Shown here piece by piece: positions 38,901 to 48,264 of a stretch of 64,000 nucleotides of DNA (its first letter is position 1; each line of letters begins with the position of its first letter). The notes under the pieces were generated by a model. It was given only the letters and a program-made list of their open reading frames with translations, searched no databases and was not told the DNA's origin. Made by a program: the position numbers and the translations under genes. This stretch comes from a virus (lineage: Duplodnaviria; Caudoviricetes): the IMG/VR virus record IMGVR_UViG_3300044852_000015, positions 174,015 to 238,014 of that record. One strand, 5' to 3'.

Positions 38901-41900
38901 CCTAGCCTCCATCATGAAGGCAGGTGGTTACAAGAACTCGGACGGTTCGATCATCAAGAAGATGACTGACATCAAGGGGACTGTATACGACCTTGAGGGT
39001 AACGTTGTTATCTCGTTGGAATCTCTGAAGGCTGGTCTGGTAGACGTTGCTGGTAAGAAATTCAAGTCGTTGGGTGCTGCCGCTTGGGACGGTGCGAAGA
39101 AGCTGATTGGTGGGGCGTTCAGCCTTGGCAAGAAAGCTTTTAACTTCGGCAAGAACACGATGGCCAAAACCCTGGGCGGGCTGAAGAAAGGTGCTGGTAA
39201 CCTCTTCAACAAAGGGAAGGGAATGCTGAAAGGCATGAAGGTCCCTGGAATGGGTGGTAGTTCAGAAATGATGGAAGTGATTGGTGAATACCAAATCCTT
39301 CTGCTCGAAGAGATTCGAGACGCTATCCGTGATCAGTCGCCTAAGCGGGTTAAAGGTGACTTTGATGGAGACGGTGTTCGTAACGGTGCTGGTGAAATGC
39401 TTAGTGCAGGTCGCAAGAAGAACCGTGAGGAACGTGAGGCCAAACAGAAAGCCCGTGAGGAAGAACGTAACAAAGGTAAAGGTGAGAAGAAGGGAGGTCT
39501 CCTTGGACTGCTGGGTATGATTGCCGGTGGTGTGATGGGGATGGCTAAGAACCTTCTGAGTCTGCCGAAAGCTTTGATGACGATGGCCAAGTCGTTGAGC
39601 GTGTTGAAAGGCTTGTCTAACCTGATTCCCGGTGGTAAGACACTTGGGAAATTGGGTCGTGGAGCCATGGCTGTCGGTCGTGGTGTGATGGGTGCTGGTG
39701 GTATGCTTGGCCGCGCTGCGATGGGTGTGGGTCGTCTGGCGCTGGGTGGTACCGGTACGTTGCTCCGTGGTGCTTGGGCTGTTGGCTCAATGGCAGTCGG
39801 TGTACTGGGTGCTCCTGTCGTGTTGGGTATCGCTGCGGCTGCGGCTATTGGTTATCTCGGGTTCAAGGCTTGGAAGGCTTACAAGAAATCCAAGAACTCT
39901 GACCTGTTGAAATACCGAGTAGCACAGTACGGTCTCGACTACGACGATAACGACCAGACCAGCAAAGTGTTTGAGTTGGAAAGTATCATTGGTCCGAACA
40001 TCAAGTTCAACTCTAAGGCCCCAACGATCGACTGGAAGAACGTTGATGTTAAACGTGTCCGTGAGATCTTCGGGATTAAGGAAGATGACCCTGAGGCTAT
40101 CCAACGCTTCGGTAAGTGGTTCGAAACTCGTTTCGGTCCTATCTTCGTTAGTCACATGAAGATGCTCCAGAAGTTCTCGAAGGCGACCAAGATTGAAGAG
40201 GCTGATGAAGCCGTCGACGTCAAGGACAAACTCAAGTTCCTCGAAGGCGTTCAAGTGGACGACGCAGATGCGACGTACGGGGAGATGACCAGCCCCTTTG
40301 GTGAGGACGCTTTGTCCATGGGTCCTGCTGAGGTTAAGCGGGTCTATGATGAAGTGGTAGCCCACATCAAAGAGTCGATGCCGGAGAACAAAGACGCGAA
40401 AGGTCCGAAAGAGAGCTTGTTGTCCAAGGTCGGTAGTATGGCGGCTAACTTCACCCCAATGGGGCTCGCTGCAAAAGGTTTGATGGCGCTGTCCGATAAA
40501 CTCGGGTTGGGCGATAAAGCTAAAGCAGTGGGTGGTTGGTTGTCTGAGCACGCTGACTCTATTGCTAAGGTGATGCCTGTCTTCGGATTGGCTATCAAGG
40601 CTGTCGGTTGGCTCAAAGACAAGATCATGGGGAAGGAGTTCAAAGTCCCTAGTATCTTGAACCGTGATATTGACCCCCTGACGTCTATTCGGTACCGGTT
40701 GTACGGTCTGTTGACAATGGAGTACGTGAGAGCGTCCCCGATCTCCAGACTGGAAGAGTTAGTCATCAAAGACATCTCCTACAACGGGGCGAAGAAAGCT
40801 GAGTGGGACGGTGACACTGACGCCGTCTGGAAAGAGTTGGGTAGTTCTTTTACCAACAACCCTGATTCAGAAGACGTTAAGTCCCGTTGGATGAAATGGT
40901 TCAGTGATCGTTTCCTCCCTGTCCTGATCTCGTACCTGACTGCGGTTCAGAAGTTCTTGTCTAACGGTAATCCATTCGAAGCTTACGATCGCATCAAAGC
41001 GTCCCAGAGCTACGAGATTGCGCGGTTCATCAACGGTACAACCAGTAACGAAGAGAAAGACGGTCCGTCCGTCTGGACTGCTTCTCCTTCTCCATTCGAT
41101 GACTATCAACTCAACACTGACTCCAGTGTAGTGAAACCTTTCATGGACGCTCTGCAAGAGGCTGCTAACAAAGAGACTCTGAACGAGAAGGTCAAGACGG
41201 GTCAAGCTGCGAAGGTTCAGGCACTGGTGGATAAAGTCACGGGCGGGTCTGGTGCGAATGGTCCCCCCAGTCCTTTGTATAAGGACCGTGGTGTTGCCGA
41301 GCGTAGTGGTGCTCCTAAAGCTTTGCTCAAAGCCATGTACGGCGTGTTGCCGATGGCGGGTGGTGAAGCGGGCTACACGACCGGCGGTTTGGGTACTTTG
41401 GATGTGGGTGCTGGTTCCGGTGGTACGATTGCCGGGTTACCAGAAGTCACAGGTCCAGATGGTGAGTACTCGACCTACAAAGACATGATCATTGCTGTGT
41501 CGAAGATGGTGGGGGTTGACCCTGGGTTGATGGCCACCATGGCGTCGATTGAATCGGGCTTCCGTGGCCGAGTCAAAGCCAGTACGTCGTCTGCTACAGG
41601 TCTGTATCAGTTCATCAGTGGTACTTGGAAAACCATGATTGCGAAGTACGGTGCGAAGTATGGACTCGATCCTAACACGCCACCGTCTGACCCTCGTGCC
41701 AACGCCTTGATGGGTGCTGAATACATCCGTGAGAACTCTGAGATCCTGAAAGCTAAAACAGGTCGGGCTCCTTCAGACACGGACATCTACCTCGCTCACT
41801 TCTTGGGTCCTGGCGGTGCTGCTAAGTTGTTGAAGGCTGATCCTCAAGCCAACGCTGCTACGCTGATGCCGCAAGCTGCTTCTGCGAACAAGTCGATCTT

Positions 41901-42696
41901 CTTTGCAGATGGTCGTCCTCGTACGGTGGCTCAGGTTTACGCAGAGATTGACCGTCGTGTTAAAGTTCATCGGTCTAAGTACGCTGGTGATGCTCGTAGT
42001 GCTGGCGGGTTCTCCGCTGACGTATCTACCGCAACTCCAGCCCAGAACATCCCAGGGATCACTCCTATGGGCGGTTCGAGTGCAGCTCCTGGTGCGTCTG
42101 CTCCGGCAGCGCCTACTGGTGCTGGTACTACAGGGATCATGGCTCCGGCCTCGACTCCTGTTCCGGGTGCTCCGTCAGGTGAAACTCCTCCAGCAGCCCC
42201 GTCTGTTGAGGCCCCTGCGAACTCACTCTCCCCGATGGCTAAAACCGTTGGTGTGATGATGCCTACTCCTTCTGCGAGTGCACCAACCACAGTAGCCCCA
42301 GTGACCAGTAATGTTCCTGCGGGTGGTGTTGGTTCTGGTGAACCTGCGTTGGGTGGTGTCGTTGCTGAAGCCGCTGTGATCCGTAAGGCACAGGCTGAAA
42401 GACAAGCGCAAGCAACCTCGTTGCAAGACCAGGAATCGAGCGCTCAGTTGAATCAGAACTTCAGCGGCGTCGCAGACACGATGCGTAAACAGCTTGAAAC
42501 CCAGTTGAAGATGGCTCAGTCGTTGGATAACATCGACCAAGGTATTCAGAAGCTGGTTCAAGGTGGTGCGACTTCAGCCGGACAAGAGCCTGCTACCAAA
42601 GAGCCTCAGTCTTCCCGTACCAACACCGCAGCGAAACCGACGGACGTGCCTGTACGGATGACCCCGATTAGCATGAAGCGGATTCAATCGAAGTAA
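35923..42696 (+). CDS. Tail tape-measure-like protein with C-terminal lytic transglycosylase (phiKZ gp181-like)
   Basis: 2257 aa, helical and Gly/Lys-rich, TM-like segments; SLT motifs IESGF...ATGLYQFISGTW...YLAHFLGPG. Confidence 0.9.
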   Translation: MAKDKNEIGDDDLDNWDDMGFGDDDFADFDAPPPKDDRKPVVKVATSFLKGAAEELTDPSRVRKMALDALPDGYGKATNLADTIASTGRELYHTTAEELKPVIKDAKRVARRVLPLTKSLLPEKLQKKLEDMTTDNDYKGPSVDQTRDAQINSEVADIFKLQMENDARDKAEGELADATKTKQESARFKTELQTLNAILGGINRQVAYQDQIASKYQRKHLELQFLQYFTLRDTYELHKASSKESKQQLDIIAKNTGLPEYVKSNMGEQASHLFRERLLNAASSKVNQFAKGYIDKYKDNIIKAGKENIGAFKDAAMNGIMSGDALLDAQESMADVGEQSDKYKTAGGFLGGQAGGWLGGKLSKFAKPLLEKHPGIGKMGNKLEYGVDNFASLASDWAKSDKGENTGLDWWNKALRGFKNLSPTEVSDSGLGDTDLTKSQDAVPFNHLARKTLTDIIPGYLSRIHHELAIIRTGDPSIQRLGYDLKDGSFANMDKVTKSMGSVMFKQTENFDKVKDTTNGLIDGLETKHGKKFSDVQRKALYDKFIGEAASGQGRFDVKKFSDVDQWKDLSDDDALQLSYMFSDDVGEDQQNKYSKEFLKIREGVNNPTDAIKGLIDSGQLESMRALGLVTGEGDDRKVSQERIVDILRNGGFGEPTADRNPPNGHPPGNLNNRPGGGGPLGDLRNASDAPKAAGANPGGLDTPKNPNDFMETIGEYQMLLLEDIRKGIANPQALAQYADAARSDPKASEEECTCVDKMIDAYKAGNDELAQHLANVYELLASGQLQTMSMNMPFDAEAMKGFKGSIGRGLGKIKNAGKWGFGKVGGFYKGAMDLQGKLIKGGFKGAWAGVKGTGKMLFGKGKEKLNEWGDVYIKGTGRPILTWAQLKAGEYLNEDGSPITSWKDVKGPVKNKAGEYVLTADQFARGLVDEHARPMFTKIKDFGMKWFGRLNNMITSPFRGIKDAVKGTFNTVKNFVERPRDMYLPGNPIPVLLASIMKAGGYKNSDGSIIKKMTDIKGTVYDLEGNVVISLESLKAGLVDVAGKKFKSLGAAAWDGAKKLIGGAFSLGKKAFNFGKNTMAKTLGGLKKGAGNLFNKGKGMLKGMKVPGMGGSSEMMEVIGEYQILLLEEIRDAIRDQSPKRVKGDFDGDGVRNGAGEMLSAGRKKNREEREAKQKAREEERNKGKGEKKGGLLGLLGMIAGGVMGMAKNLLSLPKALMTMAKSLSVLKGLSNLIPGGKTLGKLGRGAMAVGRGVMGAGGMLGRAAMGVGRLALGGTGTLLRGAWAVGSMAVGVLGAPVVLGIAAAAAIGYLGFKAWKAYKKSKNSDLLKYRVAQYGLDYDDNDQTSKVFELESIIGPNIKFNSKAPTIDWKNVDVKRVREIFGIKEDDPEAIQRFGKWFETRFGPIFVSHMKMLQKFSKATKIEEADEAVDVKDKLKFLEGVQVDDADATYGEMTSPFGEDALSMGPAEVKRVYDEVVAHIKESMPENKDAKGPKESLLSKVGSMAANFTPMGLAAKGLMALSDKLGLGDKAKAVGGWLSEHADSIAKVMPVFGLAIKAVGWLKDKIMGKEFKVPSILNRDIDPLTSIRYRLYGLLTMEYVRASPISRLEELVIKDISYNGAKKAEWDGDTDAVWKELGSSFTNNPDSEDVKSRWMKWFSDRFLPVLISYLTAVQKFLSNGNPFEAYDRIKASQSYEIARFINGTTSNEEKDGPSVWTASPSPFDDYQLNTDSSVVKPFMDALQEAANKETLNEKVKTGQAAKVQALVDKVTGGSGANGPPSPLYKDRGVAERSGAPKALLKAMYGVLPMAGGEAGYTTGGLGTLDVGAGSGGTIAGLPEVTGPDGEYSTYKDMIIAVSKMVGVDPGLMATMASIESGFRGRVKASTSSATGLYQFISGTWKTMIAKYGAKYGLDPNTPPSDPRANALMGAEYIRENSEILKAKTGRAPSDTDIYLAHFLGPGGAAKLLKADPQANAATLMPQAASANKSIFFADGRPRTVAQVYAEIDRRVKVHRSKYAGDARSAGGFSADVSTATPAQNIPGITPMGGSSAAPGASAPAAPTGAGTTGIMAPASTPVPGAPSGETPPAAPSVEAPANSLSPMAKTVGVMMPTPSASAPTTVAPVTSNVPAGGVGSGEPALGGVVAEAAVIRKAQAERQAQATSLQDQESSAQLNQNFSGVADTMRKQLETQLKMAQSLDNIDQGIQKLVQGGATSAGQEPATKEPQSSRTNTAAKPTDVPVRMTPISMKRIQSK

Positions 42697-42747
42697 CCTA
42701 GAGTGGGGGCAACCCCACTCTTCCTTTACCTTAAACGAGATCAGGTT

Positions 42748-44706
42748 ATGGCCGAATTAAAGGACACAGACTGGATCAGACAATCGTTTATGTTACCCCG
42801 TAAGGCTATTGCGAATGCTGACTCCATTCGCCGTACCCTGACAGATGCTCGGTTCAAATTTACCGATACGACGTTAGGGGGTAACTTTGCGATTAACCCT
42901 CCTCCTCAGTTTACTCGTTATGCTGACTTGGTGGTACCTAGCTTGTACAGTAAGTCCACGGGGATGGGTCGTTATTACAGTGAGGCCATCGACGACAACG
43001 CACAACTGATCCACATGCGTTTCGGTGTACCAGAGTTCAACTCCCTCACGAACTTCTTCTTCAACTTCTATAACCCCCAAGCTGCTACACTGGCTCGTAC
43101 GGGTCGGGCTAACGAGATCTCGTTTGCTCTGGGTAAGTTGATCGGGACGATTATCACCTTGCCTGCACAGTTGTTTATCACAGCAGGCTCGGCGCTGAAC
43201 TTCTTCTTGGGTCGCCCTACGTCGAAGTACTACTACCTCAAACACGCGATGCCTTTGTATTGGAACGCGGTAAACACCATCGCCAACGGTATCGCCGTGA
43301 ACATGGGCTTGACTCCTCGAACCTTTCAAGACGACGAAAAGAAAACCGTAACCGGTAGTCTGGAGAACACGGCAGAACAAGCCAAGGTCTACCACAAGCT
43401 CAATCCGGGCCTGTGGCATGAGTCGGGTCAACTCGACGTGTACGCAATGGCAACCAAAGCGCAGATCCTTGCGAACAGTCAACGGAACAAGATGGCAGAG
43501 ATTCTCGAAACCCGAGAGTCACCGTCAGCTATCCGTAATGCGATCTTGGGGTTCAAAGAAAACCCACAGCTCTCTGACAACCGCATCTATAAAGACTTCG
43601 AGTCCTACCTCGCTGCCTATCAAGGTCTCAACGAACGGAAGTCCGATACGGATGACGGTGCGGCTGAGCAGACGGGTGACAAGCGGGAGTACAAGAAGAA
43701 CTTTCTGGACTTCGTGGAGGCTGAGCACAACGACGGTGCACAGTGGGTTACGTTCAACGTAGAACACACCGGTACCGCATCGGAGAGCTTTAACTCCAGT
43801 TCTCGCGAGTCAGACATCTCCTCGAAACTGAACGGGTTGTCGGCTGCGGGTCGGGGTGCTCGTTTCAGTTCTGCGGATGGTCAGTCCGGTATTAACTTCA
43901 TCGACGAAGCTATGTCGATGGTGGGTAGTTTTATCCAAGGTGGTTTGGAATCCGTGAAGCTCTCGGGCTTGATGGCATTCTCGGGTATGGCCATTGCGGA
44001 CATTCCAAAGATGTGGGAATCGTCTTCAGCGAACCTACCTCGGATGGACTACACCATCAAACTGCGGACCCCGTACGGTAACAAGATGTCACGCTTCACC
44101 GACTTGTTTGTTCCCCTGTCGATGTTGCTGGCTGCTGCGTTACCGATCTCTACAGGTAAGCAGTCGTACACCGCACCGTTCCTTTGTGAGCTGTACAGTA
44201 AAGGTCGGGCACAAACGCGTCTGGGTATGATCGAGTCGCTGAGTATCACTCGTGGTACGGGTAACTTGGGTTGGACTCAAGACGGTGAAGCTCTGGGTAT
44301 CGACGTGACGTTCTCGGTAGTGGACATGTCCTCTATCATGCACATGCCGATCAACGCAGGCTTTAAATTGAATGACGCAGTAGGCGTTGCTTTGGGTGCT
44401 GCTACCGCTATTGCTGGTGGTGGTGGCGTTAAAGCATTGGCTGCTGGTGCGTCGATGGTTGCAGGCACTGACTTCGCTAAGGGTGTATTCGCTGAGGACA
44501 CCATGTTCTCAGACTACCTTGCGATCCTCAGTAGCATGTCACTGGTGGAGCAAACATACACGTACCAAAAGCTCCGGCTGAACCTTGCGAAACAAATGGG
44601 TTCGATGGACACGTGGTTCTCCAAGTCGCACTTCGCCAACTGGTTCATGAACACCTCGCCAGCACGGCTGATCTCAGCCTTTGCTATTGGTACAGGTATC
44701 GGGTAA
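42748..44706 (+). CDS. Virion tail/baseplate protein (phiKZ gp182-like)
   Basis: 652 aa directly after the gp181-like gene. Confidence 0.7.
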   Translation: MAELKDTDWIRQSFMLPRKAIANADSIRRTLTDARFKFTDTTLGGNFAINPPPQFTRYADLVVPSLYSKSTGMGRYYSEAIDDNAQLIHMRFGVPEFNSLTNFFFNFYNPQAATLARTGRANEISFALGKLIGTIITLPAQLFITAGSALNFFLGRPTSKYYYLKHAMPLYWNAVNTIANGIAVNMGLTPRTFQDDEKKTVTGSLENTAEQAKVYHKLNPGLWHESGQLDVYAMATKAQILANSQRNKMAEILETRESPSAIRNAILGFKENPQLSDNRIYKDFESYLAAYQGLNERKSDTDDGAAEQTGDKREYKKNFLDFVEAEHNDGAQWVTFNVEHTGTASESFNSSSRESDISSKLNGLSAAGRGARFSSADGQSGINFIDEAMSMVGSFIQGGLESVKLSGLMAFSGMAIADIPKMWESSSANLPRMDYTIKLRTPYGNKMSRFTDLFVPLSMLLAAALPISTGKQSYTAPFLCELYSKGRAQTRLGMIESLSITRGTGNLGWTQDGEALGIDVTFSVVDMSSIMHMPINAGFKLNDAVGVALGAATAIAGGGGVKALAAGASMVAGTDFAKGVFAEDTMFSDYLAILSSMSLVEQTYTYQKLRLNLAKQMGSMDTWFSKSHFANWFMNTSPARLISAFAIGTGIG

Positions 44707-44708
44707 TC

Positions 44709-44748
44709 GACGGCATAGAGGAGGGCTTCGGCCCTCCTCGTTATGCGC
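44709..44748. terminator. Bidirectional terminator, GCATA/TATGC class
   Basis: GACGGCATA-GAGGAGGGC-TTCG-GCCCTCCTC-GTTATGCG. Confidence 0.85.
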
Positions 44749-45753
44749 TTACAAATTGACACCGGGGTAGTACTGACGAATCAAGCTCGGTAAGGACGCT
44801 GACTTGTGAGTAGGGGCGATGAGCACTGGGAGTTTGTATTCCTCTTTACGACCGAGTAGGGTCAGTGCGTTGGCTGAGGCGTACGTGAACATTTCCAAGT
44901 TATCAATCAGCTCACCGTTACGTTGGTACTTAGCCCAATTCGGGTTGATGTGATTTAAGACCTCTAGAAGCTCCGTGGTGCGTTCTTCGTACTGAGCCGG
45001 TGTGGTTTTATCGGCGTACTTGTAAAACATCAGGATGCGCTTACAGGCGTCTGGTAGGGCACTCAGTACACCCCCTGCCGTCATGGTATCGCCCATCAGC
45101 TTCAAAGCGGCGACGTTACTGGACATTACGGCCACAGTGTACGTCTTGTGGTAGGCGTACAGGGTTACAGAGTGATCGCTCACCGAAGCGGTGGCTTCTT
45201 GTAACAGGTCCGTAGCCCCCGACTTAATCGCAAAGTCAATGACAGTCGAAGCCATCGCTGCTTCTGCGGCCAAGTCAAACACACTGAAGACGTCAGACTT
45301 ACCAGTCAACTCACGAGCCAGTCCGGCCAGCCCACTGATGTCATCCAAGTTACCTGACATGTACGCTTTCACGCCCGTCTTAGTCGCCCCCATGATGGAA
45401 GCCACCGTACCTTTAGAAACACCAAACGTATCAAAGGCATCGAACATCGTGTTCTGCATGGTTCCTGTCAGGCTCTTAATCAGCCCTGAAGAACCCATAC
45501 TCTTACCGATCCGTAGCAACGCATCGGTTTTGGACAGCCGACCATTCTTAGAGGCCATGACATCCCCCATAATGCTTTTGAGCATCGCTGGGTTTTTACG
45601 GATGGTCTGTGCCGCATCAGCACTGAAGTTCTTTAGAACGTCAGGTAACGCATTGAGTGTGGTGTTGGTCTTCTGTTTGTAAGTGTCGACCGTTAGGAGC
45701 GCATCCACCGGTCCAGACTTAAACAGAGAACTTGCAATCTTACCTGTAGTCAC
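44749..45753 (-). CDS. Hypothetical (probably virion) protein
   Basis: 334 aa, AGGAG SD, GTG start. Confidence 0.7.
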   Translation of the reverse strand: MTTGKIASSLFKSGPVDALLTVDTYKQKTNTTLNALPDVLKNFSADAAQTIRKNPAMLKSIMGDVMASKNGRLSKTDALLRIGKSMGSSGLIKSLTGTMQNTMFDAFDTFGVSKGTVASIMGATKTGVKAYMSGNLDDISGLAGLARELTGKSDVFSVFDLAAEAAMASTVIDFAIKSGATDLLQEATASVSDHSVTLYAYHKTYTVAVMSSNVAALKLMGDTMTAGGVLSALPDACKRILMFYKYADKTTPAQYEERTTELLEVLNHINPNWAKYQRNGELIDNLEMFTYASANALTLLGRKEEYKLPVLIAPTHKSASLPSLIRQYYPGVNL

Positions 45754-45772
45754 GGTTCTCTCCTAAACGAGG

Positions 45773-45809
45773 CAAAAAAAAAAAGAAGGGGCGAACCCCT
45801 CCTTCTTTC
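45773..45809 (-). terminator. Canonical intrinsic terminator
   Basis: GC hairpin followed by an 11-nt U-tract on the minus strand. Confidence 0.7.
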
Positions 45810-45816
45810 GTAAAGC

Positions 45817-46125
45817 TTAGAAATGCTGGGTGCCGACGTGGCGCTCCAGTTTACACAGCTTCAGGAAACCAGCGGCTTCCAGTTTCTGCATGAACACAGC
45901 AGGAGGATACAGCAGCTTACCGATCTGCACAAAGTCGCCATCTTGCACGTCTTCAGGCTGATGGAATTCAAAGCCAGTCATGGTCGGCGGTACCAAACGA
46001 ACCATGTGGTCGTGATACGAACGGCCATTGACTTTACGCCAGTAGGTCATCTCGGTGGGATTCATCTTCGGAAGAGGAGTTTCTTCACCAACGATGCGGC
46101 ACTTAAGAACAGTTTCCAAACTCAT
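45817..46125 (-). CDS. Hypothetical protein
   Basis: 102-aa ORF. Confidence 0.65.
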   Translation of the reverse strand: MSLETVLKCRIVGEETPLPKMNPTEMTYWRKVNGRSYHDHMVRLVPPTMTGFEFHQPEDVQDGDFVQIGKLLYPPAVFMQKLEAAGFLKLCKLERHVGTQHF

Positions 46126-46127
46126 CT

Positions 46128-46634
46128 TTATTTCTTCCCAATCAATCCAGTATGACCGGCTTTCAAGAAGGCACGAATGTCTTCCAAGTCGGTCACCAAC
46201 GTTCCTGTTTCCTTGGCGTTGACCACTTTACATTTATCCAAGGAGTCAGGGTCTCCATAGTAATAGTAATGGGTAAACGGTAGCTCACTGTCGATAAACA
46301 ACTCGAACAGTTCTTGGTTCTGTGTAATCTTGGCTACTAAGCCAATGCGGAACATCCAATCGAACTGGAGATCGAAAGTCACGTTCGCAGGATCACGACA
46401 CAGACTCACGCCCAGCTCTTTTGCTTTGTAGCCCCACAGTTTACGGAACTCCTGAAACTTGCGTCCTGTCTTCAGGAAGTAATGGAGTCCCTCGGAAGAT
46501 TCAAACTGTCCTAGCAACGGATGCCAGAACGGTTCATGGGCGAAGTTAGTTAGCTTCAGACCCAGTGGCGTCTTCGCCTTGGTATAAACGTTCAAGTGGG
46601 TAATCCCATCAAACTTAGGGTGCCAATCAGTCAC
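46128..46634 (-). CDS. NADAR-like (T4 gp30.3-like) protein
   Basis: LTNFAHEPF...GQFESSEGL...AKELG...AKITQNQELFELFIDS; GTG start at 46634 after AAAGG. Confidence 0.55.
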   Translation of the reverse strand: MTDWHPKFDGITHLNVYTKAKTPLGLKLTNFAHEPFWHPLLGQFESSEGLHYFLKTGRKFQEFRKLWGYKAKELGVSLCRDPANVTFDLQFDWMFRIGLVAKITQNQELFELFIDSELPFTHYYYYGDPDSLDKCKVVNAKETGTLVTDLEDIRAFLKAGHTGLIGKK

Positions 46635-46655
46635 GTCGTTACAACCTTTCTTTAG

Positions 46656-46685
46656 GGCATAAAGCCGCCTCGTTAGAAGCGGCTG
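46656..46685 (-). terminator. Hairpin terminator with TATGCC tail
   Basis: Minus strand AGCCGCTT-CTAACG-AGGCGGCT-TTATGCCC. Confidence 0.7.
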
Positions 46686-46689
46686 GGGA

Positions 46690-47166
46690 TTAAGAATCTT
46701 TGTGTGCAGCCTCGATTGCTCTGATAGTTTCATCGAGTATCGCAGCAGTCACACCTGGATGCTTGACCGGGATAGCGGTTTCATCAGTCTCTTGCTCAGA
46801 CTTATCACCCACATGAATGATCGCCGAGTACTCAGTCTTGAGTCCCGAACGCCATTCGAATTCCAGAGTTAACCGTACACGCCACGGGTTCAGGAATCGG
46901 ATTGCTTTCTCAAAGACGCCCCACGTCATGGAACGCTTCAAGAGTTCTTTCGACAAGTTGCCCCGTGCAGAGGACATGTCTCGAGAGTTTTGTGGGATTC
47001 GATTACGCGGGTCTTTCAAGTACCGCAGCATGTTACGGTTCCAGATGTTCATGCTGAAGTTCTGATCGGCCATAATCTGTCGAAACAGTTTGCTCAATGT
47101 ACCAGTGGCTTCATCAGCCCTTTTGGTTTTGGAGCTGAGTACCTGATTGAGATCCTTGTTTTGCAT
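46690..47166 (-). CDS. Conserved hypothetical protein
   Basis: 158 aa, GGAGG SD. Confidence 0.7.
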   Translation of the reverse strand: MQNKDLNQVLSSKTKRADEATGTLSKLFRQIMADQNFSMNIWNRNMLRYLKDPRNRIPQNSRDMSSARGNLSKELLKRSMTWGVFEKAIRFLNPWRVRLTLEFEWRSGLKTEYSAIIHVGDKSEQETDETAIPVKHPGVTAAILDETIRAIEAAHKDS

Positions 47167-47761
47167 ACGTTTGAACCTCCAGGAAAGCTTTAACTACCGC
47201 TTCTACGTCACCCATCAGGTGCGTGAATTGACGGGTGTAGTAGTCGACTCCGCTTTTGGAATCAGCAGACTCGACGAGTAAAGCTTTCTGGAGATACTCC
47301 AGTTGTAAGTTGATGGCATTATAAACCTCCATAGGTTCTAGTTGATGACCTTTGTCCGTAGACAAGTAGTCGTCCAGTTTTACAACACGCACGTTTCCGG
47401 GTAGGTTACGGCTTTTCTGGATACGTTCAGGCACTAGGCCTTTGTCATGTACGATGCGTGAACACTCGTTCAGCAGCAATAACATTGAATGTACCGTCGG
47501 GTTGATTACACTGACATTGATGGAAAGTCCCAGCAATGGTGTGTATCGCTTGAGTTGTGCGGGATCAACCAACCGTGCCAAATCCATGCAGTAACGTACG
47601 TCGGCATGAACGACTCCGTCTACTGTATACTTCAGGATCACCGATTCGATTTGATTCTGCAACGTGGGTTTCTTTCCTACTACTCCACTAAGCAGTTTTC
47701 TCAAACTAGCTTCAATGGAATAATATACATTTGTAATCTTTTTAAGCGAGGAGCTGAACAT
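47114..47761 (-). CDS. Hypothetical protein (start uncertain)
   Basis: ORF track; ATG at 47761 with AAGG SD. Confidence 0.55.
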   Translation of the reverse strand: MFSSSLKKITNVYYSIEASLRKLLSGVVGKKPTLQNQIESVILKYTVDGVVHADVRYCMDLARLVDPAQLKRYTPLLGLSINVSVINPTVHSMLLLLNECSRIVHDKGLVPERIQKSRNLPGNVRVVKLDDYLSTDKGHQLEPMEVYNAINLQLEYLQKALLVESADSKSGVDYYTRQFTHLMGDVEAVVKAFLEVQTYAKQGSQSGTQLQNQKG

Positions 47762-48188
47762 GTCTGAGGACCTTTTAACGGACGACAACATTCTACGGTT
47801 TACCCAAAAGCAACGTAAAGCCCTTGAGGCAGAGTTGTTGAAAAATGGGTGGCCTAAGGATTCTGATACTCAAGAGCAGTTGATGACTCTGTGGAACGAC
47901 ATGGATCGTCAGGCCTTGGGTAACAAGCGGATTGGTGCGGCAGAGAAACTGGCTGACTCTGACAAGTACGTGGCGAGTGTGATTGCTGACGTCGTGCGCA
48001 AGTTCGGTTCCAACATCCCCTACGAGAACGGTGCTGCAATGACTGTAGGTGGTGGGTTGCTGATCGAACAGTACGTCGAAGGCGAACAACACAAGCTACC
48101 TAAGGTCGAACCAGTTCCTGGGGAAATGAGTATCGGTACTGCGAACATGAACTTCGGTGAATTCGTAAAAGACTTCGAAGACGAGTGA
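47760..48188 (+). CDS. Hypothetical protein
   Basis: 142 aa, GAGGAG SD. Confidence 0.7.
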   Translation: MSEDLLTDDNILRFTQKQRKALEAELLKNGWPKDSDTQEQLMTLWNDMDRQALGNKRIGAAEKLADSDKYVASVIADVVRKFGSNIPYENGAAMTVGGGLLIEQYVEGEQHKLPKVEPVPGEMSIGTANMNFGEFVKDFEDE

Positions 48189-48224
48189 ACGACATAGTAT
48201 CGTCATACCCCGTAATTTTAAATA

Positions 48225-48264
48225 CGGTCATAGAGAGAGGCCTTGTGGCCTCTCCTTATGCCGT
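48225..48264. terminator. Bidirectional terminator, CATA/TATGC class
   Basis: GGTCATAGA-GAGAGGCC-TTGT-GGCCTCTC-CTTATGCCGT. Confidence 0.8.
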
